From NCBI GenBank assembly GCA_035221665.1, contig CM069144.1:55614001-55678000 (forward strand): DNA of 64,000 bases, in the 5' to 3' direction. Below are positions 26,061 to 38,418 of this stretch, piece by piece. The stretch comes from Okamejei kenojei (Eukaryota). The notes under the pieces were generated by a model that saw only the letters and a list, made by a program, of their open reading frames with translations, did not search any database and was not told where the DNA came from. The translations under genes were made by a program, and so were the position numbers. How positions within the stretch are numbered: position 1 is the stretch's first letter; the number at the start of each line of letters is the position of its first letter.

Positions 26061-26494
26061 CTCTCAAATAGTTTTAGGACAAATATTTTTAAACAGTGAT
26101 TCTCTTGACCTTTTAAAACAAACAAGGGGAAAATAAGGAAAAACTGAATGAATGCCACAGAAAAGGACATGGAACAATTGCTTTTCAAACCTTAAAATGT
26201 TTCCCCTACCACAAAGGGATTTCTTAGAGTGGGAGAAAACCATTGGCATGTTTAGTGATGTATAATATAGGAAAATCCTAAAACCGGTTGCAATTAATGC
26301 TAGTTCTAAAATACAACCTTTATTGTGTTCATAGATGAGGCCTGTGACCATTGTAGTTATATGTTGGTACAATGGGAAAACCACCACTCCAGATCAAATG
26401 TTATCACTTGAAGAAAAGAGGCAATTATGATTTGGAGTTTATTTCCAGAATGAGTGAATATTATTGGTATATTGTAATGGTTTGCTATGTAGAT

Positions 26495-26795
26495 CACAAC
26501 TTTTAAGAAACATTTCGTCAGGTCCATGGATAGGACAGGTTCAGAGGAATATGGGTCAAATGCAGGCAGGTGGGACGAGTGTAGATGGGGCACGTTGGCC
26601 GGTGGAGGCAGATATCATAGTGGGTTTTAAGAGGCTTTTTGATAGGAACATGGATATGCAGGGAATGGAGGCAATGAAAGTACGAGGAATAGAGGGATAT
26701 GGATCACATCCAGGCAGATGAGATCAGTTAAACTTGGCAGCATGTTTTGACACAAACATTGTGGGCCAAAGGGCTGCGCTGTTCTAAGTTCTATG
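26495..26795 (+). mobile_element. Two adjacent CR1 3' tail fragments
   Basis: TTTAAGAAACATTT...ATGGATAGGACAGG and TTTTAAGAGGCTTTTTGATAGGAACATGG. Confidence 0.7.
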
Positions 26796-26991
26796 TATAA
26801 CAAATGTATAGAGGCAAGTGGAAGAATGATGGTGTCAGCAGGTCAGATATGTAAGAAAATTATTCTTGTAATGGAGAGGAGAACAGAGCAATGTGCAGGA
26901 AAGTGATTGTTTGTCAGAGATGTGCCTCTGGGTGGTTGGAATGGGCAGAACACACTGAGAGTTAGCTTGGGTCTCCACACAGAACTACAAC

Positions 26992-27305
26992 CTGTATGGG
27001 AAAGGAACTGCAGATTCGGGTTTACACCAAAGATAGGCACAGAATGCTGGAGTAACTCAGCGGGTCAGGCAGCATCACTGGAGAAAATGGACAGGTGATG
27101 GTTTCGGGTCGAGACCCTTCTCGAGACTGAGAGCCAGGGGAGCGGGAGACTAGAGCCATGAAAAGGCACAAAGAACAAAAGACTGAAAGGTATGAAAAGA
27201 GCAATTCAAGGCCACGAAGGATGATCAAGGAAAGGTGGAGCCCACAATGGTCCATTGTTGGCTGTGGAAGGGGTGATAACAAGGGGGTAGGACCAGTGAA
27301 AACTG
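26992..27305 (-). mobile_element. Penelope 3' fragment (pseudo-LTR plus upstream sequence)
   Basis: GGAACTGCAGAT...CTGGAGTAACTCAGCGGGTCAGGCAGCATC...TTTCGGGTCGAGACCCTTC. Confidence 0.85.
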
Positions 27306-27944
27306 CTACACTGAGACATAGCATCGTGGACTGCCCAGGAGGTCAGTTGGATTTTTATCTAACCCCTCACTCACTGTATCACCGGTATCATTAATGATTC
27401 CAGAAGCAGTAAATATGTTGCTAAGTCGAAGGGTCGGCTGCACTTTATGCCCGGTGGTTCAGCCTTGTACCAACATAGCCAACTGAATTGAATGTGCTTG
27501 CCAACCTTCAATTACACAGTTGGCAAGAGTTACCTATCCATTTATTTTTATTTGTTTTATATTTGTTTCAACTTTCTGCGAGCAGAAGGCCATCAGCTCG
27601 GACCATGAGCAAGGCTTTAGTTCCCACAGTCTGTGGCCTACTCACCACTTGCAGCCCACTTTGGCTCACAGGAGGGTTGCCACACCGATGCCAGCAGTGT
27701 GTTCAAAGCTGCACAGCTGCAAAAATGTTGTGTGACCACGGGGCCTGCATTGGCAGTGGCCACAAAGGTCGGGCTGGAATCAGCCTGATCGAGCTGACTG
27801 TGTAAAAGCAGCAGCCAGTTTATGCCGTGTACGTATTTATTAATGAATGAATAAACACATTGTACGAGTGAAAAATATCGGCCAGTAAAGTACGGCATAG
27901 GCTGTGAATCCATTAGCACATTATAATGGATTGAATTTGAGAGC

Positions 27945-28263
27945 TTAGTTTAGTTTAGAGATACAGCGTGGAAATAGGCCCCTCGGCCCACTGCATCGAC
28001 CAGTGATCCCTGCACACTGACCCTATCCTACGCACACTACGGACAATTTATAATTTTATCTCGCCACAAATTAGCCTACAAACCTGTACATCTTTGGCGA
28101 TCAGGAGGAAGCCAGAGCACCCGGAGGAAGCCAGAGCTCCCGGAGAAAACTCATGCAGGTCACAGGGCGAATGTACAAACTCCATACAGACAGCACCCAT
28201 AGTCAGGATTGAGCCCGGGTCGCTTGCGCTGTAAGCAGCAACTCTACCACTGCACCACCGTGC
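27945..28263 (-). mobile_element. HE1/V-SINE
   Basis: Full structure, with an internal tandem duplication of GGAGGAAGCCAGAGC. Confidence 0.9.
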
Positions 28264-28779
28264 ACGCAATAGGATATGATGAGCTCAACAGCAGTATGGA
28301 GCATTCGGTGGGTTGTGTCTTTGCTTGGTAATGAGTGATAAAAGAGTGAGTCTAGTTAATTGTAAGCTAACAGTGAGCACCTTGTCTCTGTGGACTATAT
28401 TGTCATCTGGCCCAGATTGGGAAATACTTTAGCTGTATTTGTCATATAAATATAAGCATTTGCGATCGCATATTGAGTGAATTGTAGTTAAATTAGTTGC
28501 AATCTAACGGCTGTTGAACAAAGATTTGCTCAGTGTTACCTCTATAATTTTGCAATGAGTGAGGAAGAAGCCTTATTTATGTGCAGAGCCAGTCGGGGTA
28601 TTGTTGTCCTGACAATTTGGATCGGGTGGAATGTGAGTTGTACACTCTATCCAATTTCCTTCTACTTTAATGTTAATGGTGTGTAAAATTGGACAAGGGA
28701 TCATTCCTGTGACTTGATGGTTTTGGTAACATTCTCCTTTGGTTTCCCTCTCACTTTGGACAAACAGGTTAACGTTTGT

Positions 28780-28993
28780 CACAGTGGCGCAGCTAGTAAA
28801 GCTGTTGCCTCACAGCGCCAGAGTCCTGAGTTCGATCCTGACCTTGGGTGCTGTCTGCGTGGAGTTTGCACGTTCTCCCTGTGGCCACATGTTGAGTGGA
28901 TGCAAAAGTGTGTAGCATAGAACTAGTGTGAACGGGTGACCGATGGTTGCCAAAGGGCCTGTTTCCATGCTTTATCTTTCAATCAATTAATCA
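28780..28993 (+). mobile_element. Internally deleted V-SINE
   Basis: CACAGTGGCGCAGCTAG head, GAGTTCGATCC, partial V-domain and tail. Confidence 0.8.
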
Positions 28994-29078
28994 ACCTCGA
29001 GGGATTTGTCTGGTTAGACATTTTAAAATCAAATTTAATATTTCTCATACATCAAATAAAAAATAGCTTTGAAGAATT

Positions 29079-29378
29079 GGGTGGCATGGCGGTGGGGTTG
29101 CTGCCTTACAGCCCCAGAGATCCGTGTTCGATCCTGACTATGGGTGCTGTCTGTACGGAGTTTTACGTTCTCCCCGTGACTGTGTGCATTTTCTCCGGGT
29201 GCTCCTGTTTCCTCCCACACTGCAAAGATGCACAGAGGGTCGTAGGTTTGTTGGATTTGGTAACATTGTAAATTGTCCCTGGTGTGTAGGATATTGCCGG
29301 TGTACGGGGCGATCGCTGGTTGGTGCGGACTCAGTGGGCCGGTGGACCTGTTTCCTCACTGTGTCTCTAAATCTAAAG
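29079..29378 (+). mobile_element. HE1/V-SINE
   Basis: Head, GTTCGATCC B-box, V-domain and tail. Confidence 0.9.
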
Positions 29379-30429
29379 TCTAATTGAGTTTAGCTTATTG
29401 TCAAGTGTAACGGGGTACAGTGGAAAGCCTTTGTAGCGTGCTGTCTCTGTCATGTGATTGCTACTGTCGTAAGATGATCTGGTGAGTGAGATCCAGGCAG
29501 TGAACAGAATACTGGCGCAATACATTAAAGTACTATTCTGATCTAGAAAGCTTCCTTTCTTGGAGAACCTTGCTGTCCGCTTGTTTATGCCAATTTGTTC
29601 TGCAGCACTAGAAACATCAGCCAGTGAAAGCCCCCAATGCTGAAGCAATGCCCCCCTGATTAGTAATGATCCTGGTTTGTGTTAACATTATTGGGTTCGA
29701 GTACTTTACTTAACCACAAACAATAAAATTTCGCAGCTGCGTGATGTGTGACAAAAAAAACATGTACAAAGGAAGCCACAGAAAAGAAAATTCAAACAAA
29801 TAACATCATTTTCAGGAAAGAACAAAAAGGAATTTTTAATGATATCTTAATATTGATTGGAACTTGGCAGCAGACCAAAAGCCCTACTTAACTGGGACTG
29901 GAACAGGGACAAGGTTAAAGGGGTCTGTAAATGAGAGTATTACCCTGGAAGAGCCTGTACCAGTATTTGTAGAAACGCGTGACTTACTCCTGAAACATTT
30001 ATTCTGATTGCCAGTCTTACCGCATCAAAGTGTCACACAGACAAAACTGTGCTTCATTTTATATTTTAATCAATACAAATCACAACTTACCGAAGTATTT
30101 TGATGTAATGAGACAGTGCACAGCCAAGAGCGTGAAACAAGCTTGATTGGCTCCCAAGGACGCTGAGCTTGGGTGCGTAACTGGATACATTCATTCACAA
30201 ATAACACAGGAATAGGAATGGTTGAAAGATAGTTACCTGCGCTGACAGCAAATGCAACAGGCAGGAATGTAAATTTACACCAGGCAGCTGTTTTACTGGT
30301 AGATCATATTGTTCAGTATTACGTAATGCAGAGTCAGCCATTCAATATTTAATTTGACCACATATAAAATGACCCTGCAATGGTGCTTGTGTATGGATAT
30401 GACTTATTCTATAATGGTGCAAATGTGAG

Positions 30430-30765
30430 TCTTCTGTCCTCAGCCCTGTTCTCCCGAAGGCCATAAGCTCTTCCAGGCCTCTACACTTATATCTCTTCAG
30501 TTCTGGCATGTCCTTGGGTATACTCCATTTTAACCATCCCACCAATGTTGGCTGTACCTTTGCCTTGGCCCCTAATGCCTGGAATTCCATTCCTTAATCT
30601 CTCTGCCTTTCAACAAGGCAGTCTGAACACTCATTGACTGCACTTTTTGGCCATCTGTCCTCATATCTGTTTATGCAGCTAGGTGCCAAATTTTGTTTGA
30701 TTGTGCTCTTGAAAAGGGCCTCTGGGTATTTTACGACATTAAAAGGCATTGTGCAAAAGCAAGGT
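30430..30765 (+). mobile_element. Old L2-type 3' tail
   Basis: ...CTGGAATTCC...TTTTACGACATTAAAAGGCATTGTGCAAA resembles the elasmobranch L2/Deu-SINE tail. Confidence 0.55.
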
Positions 30766-32336
30766 TTTTTGTGACCTTTTGCTCTGCATATGTCTGGCCT
30801 CACTGTATTACAGACCCAATGCTGTGAATCTGTCTGACCCCATGGTACTACCGCCCCATTGCCATATGGCAGTTTAATCCATAACAAATAGACTAATTCC
30901 TGGATTGCTTGCTGGCCCCAAGATAGTTGCTCTGCAAACCACCTACAGTGGGCCACAATGGTGAGCAGCGATATTCTTTAAACCCTCAGAAGCAAATGTT
31001 TTTACACAAGCAATTATAGGAACAACTCCAGGCAAAATCAGCCATTCTGTTCTATTTTTATCCATGAATTTCGTTCTCCAGCTCCTACGCAACCACACGC
31101 TGTAACACTGTGCCAACAAAGGCTGTCTTTTTGCAGCTGAATACCCTGACCTTTATCTGCTATCATACTCTCGGGGTTGTCGCGTGAAGATTAAAGATGA
31201 CCGTGCTATGTGTGGCGGTGAATTATGCAGTGTTGCTCTGCGACTTGGCCCTAACAAGCTCGAAGACAAACGGAAGCCTACAACAATGGCAGAGCAGAGA
31301 TGCATTTCCTCCTGGCTCCGACACCAAACCTCATGTCACGATGAAGGGAGAGACTGACCCAGGAAGCAGCCATGGCCTTTGATGAGCGATCTCCTGCTTC
31401 CTGAGATAGTGACCTTTCCCTAAAAAAATACTGATTGGAGCACAATCCAATTATCATCGGTAATACCTTGAGGCAAAAGATCCAAGTATTTTTAGGAGAC
31501 ACCATCCTGAGGATATTTTGAGAAATCCTGCCCATTGAGAATGTTAACATCTGAGCTCATCAACATCCTCTGTTGCTAAAACAATATTATTAAAATTCTA
31601 AAAGTGCTTAGAAGAATGAATGAAGGGCTGTCCCCCTCATAAGCGTGAATTTAAACCTTCATTGATTGAGCAGTGTAATAAAAGAGATTAATTGAAATAT
31701 TGTGAGACACTTTGTGGATTGCCAAAGACTCTAGTTCATGCTAGGAAAGATCAATAAGTCTCAAATTGAAAAAAAAAGTTTGTTTTTTAGGGAAGAATCA
31801 TTTTCCACATCTTGGCGCAAGCAATATTAAATTAATAAATGATTCTCTGAATCTCATTCCTTTTCTGTGGGCATAGTGTAATTTGGTGGAGCTGAAACTG
31901 ATTGAGTCATTCAGCAAATCAAAAGCACTTTAGCCATAAATATTAAAAAGACTTATGATCCACAGAGCAAGTAATGAACAGCATTTCAGTGCTTAACCGA
32001 GTGCCAGTGAACTCTCCAATTTGCTCTGTGCACATTTTGAAGGATGGGTTACTCAGAAACCTATTAGGGTTCAACATTTTTCCAAGTTTGGTGATGGTAT
32101 AAAACAAAGTGTGATTGCAAAGAGAGATGGAGGATGTTTAGGTATATTATTGCCATGGGTATAATGAAAAGCGTTGTTTTGCATGCTCTGCAATCAAATC
32201 CAATAATACTGCACATAAATACAACTAAGCCAACCTCACGTAGAATAGGTAGCACAAACGGAGGAGTGCAGAGAATAGTTAGGATATTATTAGAGCAACT
32301 AGAAATGGTGCCAGATTTACTGGTTTAAAAGGATGG

Positions 32337-32630
32337 AGGTAGAGCTACTGCCTTACAGCACCAGGGTTGGACCGGGGTTGGATCCTGACTACGGGTGCTT
32401 GTTTGTACAGAGTTCGTATGATCTCCCCATGACCTGCGTGGGTATTCCCTGAGATCTTCGTGTTCCTCCCACACTCCAAAGACGTACAGGTTTGTAGGTT
32501 AAATGGCTTGGTATAAATGTAAATTGTCACTAGTGCGTGTAGGATAATGTTAGTGTGCGGGGATCGCTGGTGGCTGCAGACTCAGTGGGCTGAAGGGCCT
32601 GCTTCTGCGCTGTATCTCTAAACTAAATTA
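32337..32630 (+). mobile_element. HE1/V-SINE
   Basis: V-domain and CR1-derived tail with CTAAACTAAA end. Confidence 0.9.
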
Positions 32631-33039
32631 AAGTCAAAAGTAGGCCAATTGTATTGAATGATAGTAGATCATCTTTAGGGACCAGCTCCCTCTGAGTCGC
32701 CATGCCCTGGTGACATCTTGGGTCTCCAAGAATCAGGACGTAAAGAGATTCAAATCAATTAAAAAAAAATTTTTTGTCATATGCACGAGGACGGTGCTGT
32801 ACAGGAAGGATGAATATCTTGCTTGCAGTAGCATGACCACAGACACCAGGTCTCAGGAAATACTGAAAAATATAACATTGTACATAAAATATACCTACAT
32901 TCCATCAGACAGTGAAAAGTAAGAAAAGACTGTGCAAAAAACATTAGTGCAAATATACACAATTACAAAACAAATCTATGGGTGTGCAAGAGGTGGTCAG
33001 TGGTGTTCATTGTTAAAATAAGATTGGTTATTAAAGGGG

Positions 33040-33820
33040 AAATGGACAAGATGTGTGAGTGGGCAACATGGCAGATAGAATAACATCTGCAAAAATGTTA
33101 ATTCATATCCTCGGAACATGTGTCTGAAAGCCACATACTGCTGAAGCAAGCGATTCAGTTGGCAAAATGTTTGTTGGCCATTTATTAGGAGAGGGTTTCA
33201 GTACCTGAATAAAAACGTCTCAACTGCAATTATATCATGGTGTGATGTAACTACTCCTGGATAGACTTGCCATAGAGGGAGTGTGCCAAAGATTAGGTAG
33301 ACTGGTCCAACGGATGGTGTGTTTACCACATGAGGAGAGATTGGTTAGAACACGCCTATAGTGTCTAGAGCTTAGAAGAATGAGAGAATTCATTGAAAGA
33401 AAACATGGCGGTGGATCTGTGGAACTCTTTGCCACATAAGGCTGTGGAGGCCAAGTCAATGGATATTTTTAAGGCAGAGATAGATAGATTCTTGATTAGT
33501 ACAGGTATCAGGGGTTATGGGAGAATGCAGGAGAAGGGGTTAGGAGGGAGAGATAGATTAGCCTTGATTGAATGGTGGAGTAGACTTGTTGGGCCGAATG
33601 TCCTAATTCTATTCCTATGACCTGATGAGATAAAAAAGTTCTCGCAGGCCTCGATGGAAAGGTTGTTGGGAGAATGTTTCTCCGAGCAGGGAAGTATAGA
33701 ACCAAGGCCACAATCTCAGAATAAGGAAGAGGCTCTTTTGGACTGAGTTGAAGAGAAGTTTCCTTATGAAGAGGATAATTAATCTTTTGGTATTTTCTAA
33801 ATAAGAATGCTGTGATGACT
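33040..33820 (+). mobile_element. Old CR1 fragment with a younger CR1 tail nested at ~33405-33620
   Basis: ORF 33393-33620 (VDLWNSLPHKAVEAKSMDIFKAEIDRFL) lies within degenerate CR1 ORF2 sequence. Confidence 0.75.
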
Positions 33821-34129
33821 CATTCACTGCTCTTTATTTCTTCATGATAAATTAATCACAGAGATACACAGATAATCACAGAGAAATTAATCTGGGAGAT
33901 ACTACAGGGACTCCAGCAATTCACACTCTTCAGCAAGTAGTGGATCATGTGGGATATATCCGAGTTTGTTAATGATACAAAACAGGATGCCCTCGTGAGC
34001 AGAGTCTTCAAGAGGACGTGCCTATCACTTATGATCTTATGACCTGATGAAGTGAATGGGTGAGAATGTGTGGTTGGCATATAATGTGAAAATATACATT
34101 TTCTTAGTATTTTTTATAGATGAGAGATT

Positions 34130-34658
34130 GGGGCGGCACAATAGACAATAGACAATAGGTGCAGGAGTAGGCCATTCGGCCCTTCGAGCCAGCACTGCCA
34201 TTCAATGTGATCATGGCTGATCATCCCCAATCGGTACCCCGTACCTGTCTTCTCCCCATATCCCCTGACTCCGCTATCTTTAAGAGCCCTATCTAGCTCT
34301 CTCTTGAAAGTATCCAGAGAACCGGCCTCCACCGCCCTCTGAGGCAGAGAATTCCACAGTGGCTCAGCAGTAGATTTGCTGCCTGACAGCTCCAGAGACC
34401 CAGGTTTGATCCTGACTACGGGTGCTCTCTGCACAGAGTTTGTATGTTCTCCCTGTGACTGCATGAGTTTTCTCCAGGTGCACCGGTTTCCGTCCACACT
34501 GCAAAGACGTACAGGTTTGTAGATTTGTTGGATTTGGTAAAATTGTAAATTGTCCCTAGTGTGTAGGATAGTGTTAATGGACAGGGTGACCCTTGGTCGG
34601 CGTGGACTCGGTGGGTCGAAGGGCCTGTTTCCATGTTGTATCTGTAAAGTAAAGTCTA
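34130..34658 (+). mobile_element. HE1/V-SINE split by a CR1 tail
   Basis: Starts GGGCGGCACA and resumes CACAGTGGCTCAGC at ~34355. Confidence 0.85.
34141..34355 (-). mobile_element. Young CR1 3' tail inside the V-SINE head
   Basis: (ATAGACA)n tail; WNSLPQRAVEAGSLDTFKRELDRAL. Confidence 0.9.
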
Positions 34659-35177
34659 ACATTGGAAGCAGTTGCCGTATCCTTGCACACTGATCGCTGA
34701 AACCTATCATGCAGGTGCAGCAACCAACTAGGAAGGCAAACAGTATGATGGCCCTTTATTGCAAGACAAAACGGGTGTAAGAGTGGGCATCTTAATAAAA
34801 TTACATTTGGCCCTGTGGCACCTCGTGTAGAATATTGTGTACAGCTCTGTTCAACCATGAATGCACTTCCAATGGAGAGAGTGCTACAGAGAGCCAGAGT
34901 CATAAAGGTATACGGCATAGAAACAGGCCCTTCCACCCATGCCGACCAGGTTGCAACTGGGTTAGTCCTACTAGATTGATTCCTGAGATGGTGGTCTTAT
35001 TCTATGAGTATAAATTACGTGGACTGGCCCTATACTCTCTCTAAAAGAAAGTGAGTTGATCTCACTGAATAGTTACATGGCTTGGCCGGGTAAGCGAAGG
35101 GATGATGTTTCCACCTGGCTTAGGAGTCTGGAACAAGGCTCAAAACCTCAAAATAAGGGGTCGGTCATTTGACAAAA

Positions 35178-36932
35178 TATAGAAACATAGAAACATAGAA
35201 AATAGGTGCAGGAGGAGGCCATTCGGCCCTTCGAGCCAGCACCGCCATTCATTGTGATCATGGCTGATCGTCCCCTATCAATAACCCGTGCCTACCTTCT
35301 CCCCATATCCCTTGACTCCACTAGCCCCTAGAGCTCTATCTAACTCTCTCTTAAATCCATCCAGTGACTTGGCCTCCACTGCCCTCTGTGGCAGGGAATT
35401 CCATAAATTCACAACTCTCTGGGTGAAAACGTTTTTTCTCACCTCAGTCTTAAATGACCTCCCCTTTATTCTAAGTGTGGCCCCTGGTTCTGGACTCACC
35501 CAACATTGGGAACATTTTTCCTGCATCCAGCTTGTCCAGTCCTTTTATAATTTTATATGTTTCTATAAGATCTCCCCTCATCCTTCTAAACTCCAGTGAA
35601 TACAAGCCTAGTCTTTTCAATCTTTCCTCATATGACAGTCCCGCCATCCCAGGGATCAATCTCGTGAACCTACGCTGTACTGCCTCAATCACAAGGATGT
35701 CCTTCCTCAAATTAGGAGACCAAAACTGTACACAATACTCCAGATGTGGTCTCACCAGAGCCCTATACAACTGCAGAAGAACCTCTTTACTCATATATTG
35801 AAATCCTCTTGTTATGAAGGCCAACATTCCATTAGCTTTCTTCACTGCCTGCTGTACCTGTAAGCCAACTTTCAGTGACCGGTGTACAAGGACGCCCAGG
35901 TCTCGCTGCACCTCCCCCTTATCTAACCTAACCCCATTGAGATAATAATCTGCCCCCTTGTTTTTGCCGCTAAAGTGGATAACCTCACATTTATCTATAT
36001 TATACTGCATCTGCCACGCATCTGCTCACTCACTGAACCTGTCCAGGTCACCCTGCAACCTCCTAACATCCTCTTCACAGTTCACACTGCCACCCAGCTT
36101 TGTGTCATCCGCAAACTTGCTAGTGTTGCTCCTAATTCCCTCTTCCAAATCATTAATATATATGGTAAACAGTTGCGGCCCCAACACCGAGCCTTGCGGC
36201 ACTCCACTCGCCACTGCCTGCCATTCTGAAAAGGACCCGTTCACTCCTACTCTTTATTTCCTGTCTGCCAACCAATTTTCTATCCACGTCAACACCCTAC
36301 CCCCAATACCATGTGCTCTAATTTTAGTCACCAGTCTCCTGTGCGGGACCTTATCAAAGGCTTTCTGAAAGTCTAGATACACTACATCCTCTGGCACCCC
36401 TTCATCTATGTTACTTGTCACATCCTCAAAAAATTCCAGAAGATTAGACAAGCATGATTTCCCTTTCATAAACCCATGTTGACTTGGACTAATCCTTTTA
36501 CTGCAATCCAAATGCCCATCGCTGGATCAACCATTAAGCAAAATAAGCACATGCTTAGGGCATCAAGGGAAGGGGGGCACTTTTCAAATATAAATAAACT
36601 GGAAGTATACAAAAATAAACATTATTTTCCATCTTTTGTTTCATTTTGAAAAATAAAAATGTATTTTATGGTTTATTATTGTTTATATTTTGAATTACAT
36701 ATATATGGGGGCACCCAAATCTTTTAAGTGCTTAGGGCCTCTATGGGTCTTAATCCGGCCCTGCAAATGCCCCATTATTACCTTTTTAATAATTGACTCC
36801 AGCACCTTCCCCACCACCGAAGTCAGGCTAACTGGTCTGTAATTCCCCGTTTTCTCTCTCGCTCCTTTCTTGAAAAGTGGGATAACATTATCTATCCTCC
36901 AATCCACAGGAACTGATCCTGAATCTATTGAA
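35178..36932 (-). pseudogene. Young 5'-truncated CR1 LINE, ORF2 reverse transcriptase (disabled)
   Basis: [82 protein letters not shown]. Stops at ~36254 and ~36026, a frameshift at ~35475, and a (TTTCTATG)n tail. Confidence 0.97.
36517..36763. mobile_element. hAT-type MITE inserted in the CR1
   Basis: Perfect 8-bp TSD CAAATGCC (36509-36516, 36764-36771). Right TIR reads CAGGGCCGGATTAA on the minus strand; left TIR is CATCGCTGGATCAA (10/14 match). Confidence 0.85.
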
Positions 36933-37305
36933 CTGAGAGGATAAGGCCCATCTTCAGCTAAACGTTAGAGACTCTTTGGAATTTTCCATCGAAAAGGTCT
37001 GTAGCGACTCAGTTGCTAGTATGTTCAAGGTGGAAATCACCAATTGGTTGGATATTAAAGGAATACAATCATCGTGAAGGAAAGTGGCGCTGAGATAAAA
37101 GATCAGTCATGATCTTACTGACCCAATGGTCTCCTGCTTCTGTTGCTTACATTCATAATAAAAATATCATACCATATGCAGGTATTTCTAATTGATTTAA
37201 ATGGGGCTGCTTTCATTGTATCGATGAAGTGGGCAGATTACCCAACCTGAAAACTGAGTCCTATGAGAAAATATGTATATGAGGAAATACTATGAGACAA
37301 GTATA

Positions 37306-37435
37306 TGTCTGAAAAAGGGTCTCGACCTGAAACATCACCTATTCCTCCTCTCCAGAGATGCTGTCTGCCATGCACTGAATTTCTCCAGCATTTTGTGCCT
37401 ATCTTCAGTGTAAATCAGCAGTTCCTTCCTCCACA
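37306..37435 (+). mobile_element. Solo Penelope pseudo-LTR
   Basis: GTCTGAAAAAGGGTCTCGACCTGAAACATCACC... plus tail. Confidence 0.85.
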
Positions 37436-37744
37436 TGAAGCAACTTGCGCTGTCTCTGAATTATCAGTTTGGTCTGCACGGCAGCATGAGTCCGAGTTTC
37501 TGTAGGTTGACGATTTACCCAGTGTTTTCTCCACTTCCATTCTTCCTTCCTCATCCCCCTGAAAGTTTGAACTCATTGCTGGGATCCAGATCTGCGGATA
37601 CTTCACGCTTTCTGGTAGTTTATTGACGCAACCGTTATTTGTCAGCCGAGCCTCACTACTCAGTGTTAATAGGCTATTAATTCAAAAGGACATCACAGCC
37701 AAATGTTACCCCGTCATTGTTCAAAAGCCAGTGAAGCACGAGTT

Positions 37745-38140
37745 GGGAGCGAAGTGGTGGTGTTACTGAATTAACAGCTAGGATTCTGGACACTGATCCA
37801 GAGGCACGAGTTTGAATGTTAACATGGAATCTGGAGAATTTCAATTCGAGCAATTAAATAAAAATCTGGATTTTTAAAAGAAGCCAGTCTCTGTTACAGC
37901 AGACATGAAACTACTGGATTGTTGTAAAATCCCATCTGGTTCATGGATGTTCTTCAGGGAAGGAATTCTGCCTTTCGTCTAGCATTTGAAGCTCTTTACA
38001 ATTTGCCATTTTAACCAAAAAAGTAGTCTACACTTAACTCCTGAGCCACCAACGTTGTCGACTCTGAACCACCATCTAGGGTCATGGCCGTTTATGGATG
38101 GACAATGAAGGCAGCAATGCCATTGACATCCTATGAACAA
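37745..38140 (+). mobile_element. Old tRNA-derived SINE (elasmobranch type)
   Basis: Degenerate head (GAGTTTGAAT) and body AAATCTGG...GGATTGTTGTAAAATCCCATCTGGTTCA...GGGAAGGAATTCTGCC; recognised from memory only. Confidence 0.55.
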
Positions 38141-38221
38141 ATATATAACAGAGAAAACTATGTAACCTGAGCGCTAAAGCCCAAGCTTCTTTCAAACAAC
38201 AGCGTATATTAGAAAAGATGC

Positions 38222-38418
38222 AGAAACACAGAACTGCAGATGCTGGTTAATACACAAAAGGACACGAGTGCTGGAGTAACTCAGCAGGTCAGGCAGCATC
38301 TCTGGAGAATATGGATAGGCGATGTTTCGGGTCGAGACCCTTCTTCAGTCTGAAGAACAGTCTCGACCCGAAACGTCGGCTATCCATGTTCTCCAGAGAC
38401 GCTGCCTGACCTACTGAG
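38222..38418. mobile_element. Penelope pseudo-LTR inverted pair with two hammerhead motifs
   Basis: TTTCGGGTCGAGACCCTTCTTCAGTCTGAAGAACAGTCTCGACCCGAAACGTC. The right arm is interrupted by a LINE tail and resumes at ~38665. Confidence 0.9.

Larger units (their letters stand above)
33870..37150 (+). mobile_element. Old CR1 scaffold hosting four or more nested insertions
   Basis: Colinear degenerate CR1 ORF2 pieces at 33870-34110, 34660-35170 and 36933-37150. Confidence 0.65.

Noticed and set aside
34114-34710. Longest ORF (198 aa)
   Set aside because: Chimeric read-through of an antisense V-SINE and a CR1 tail.
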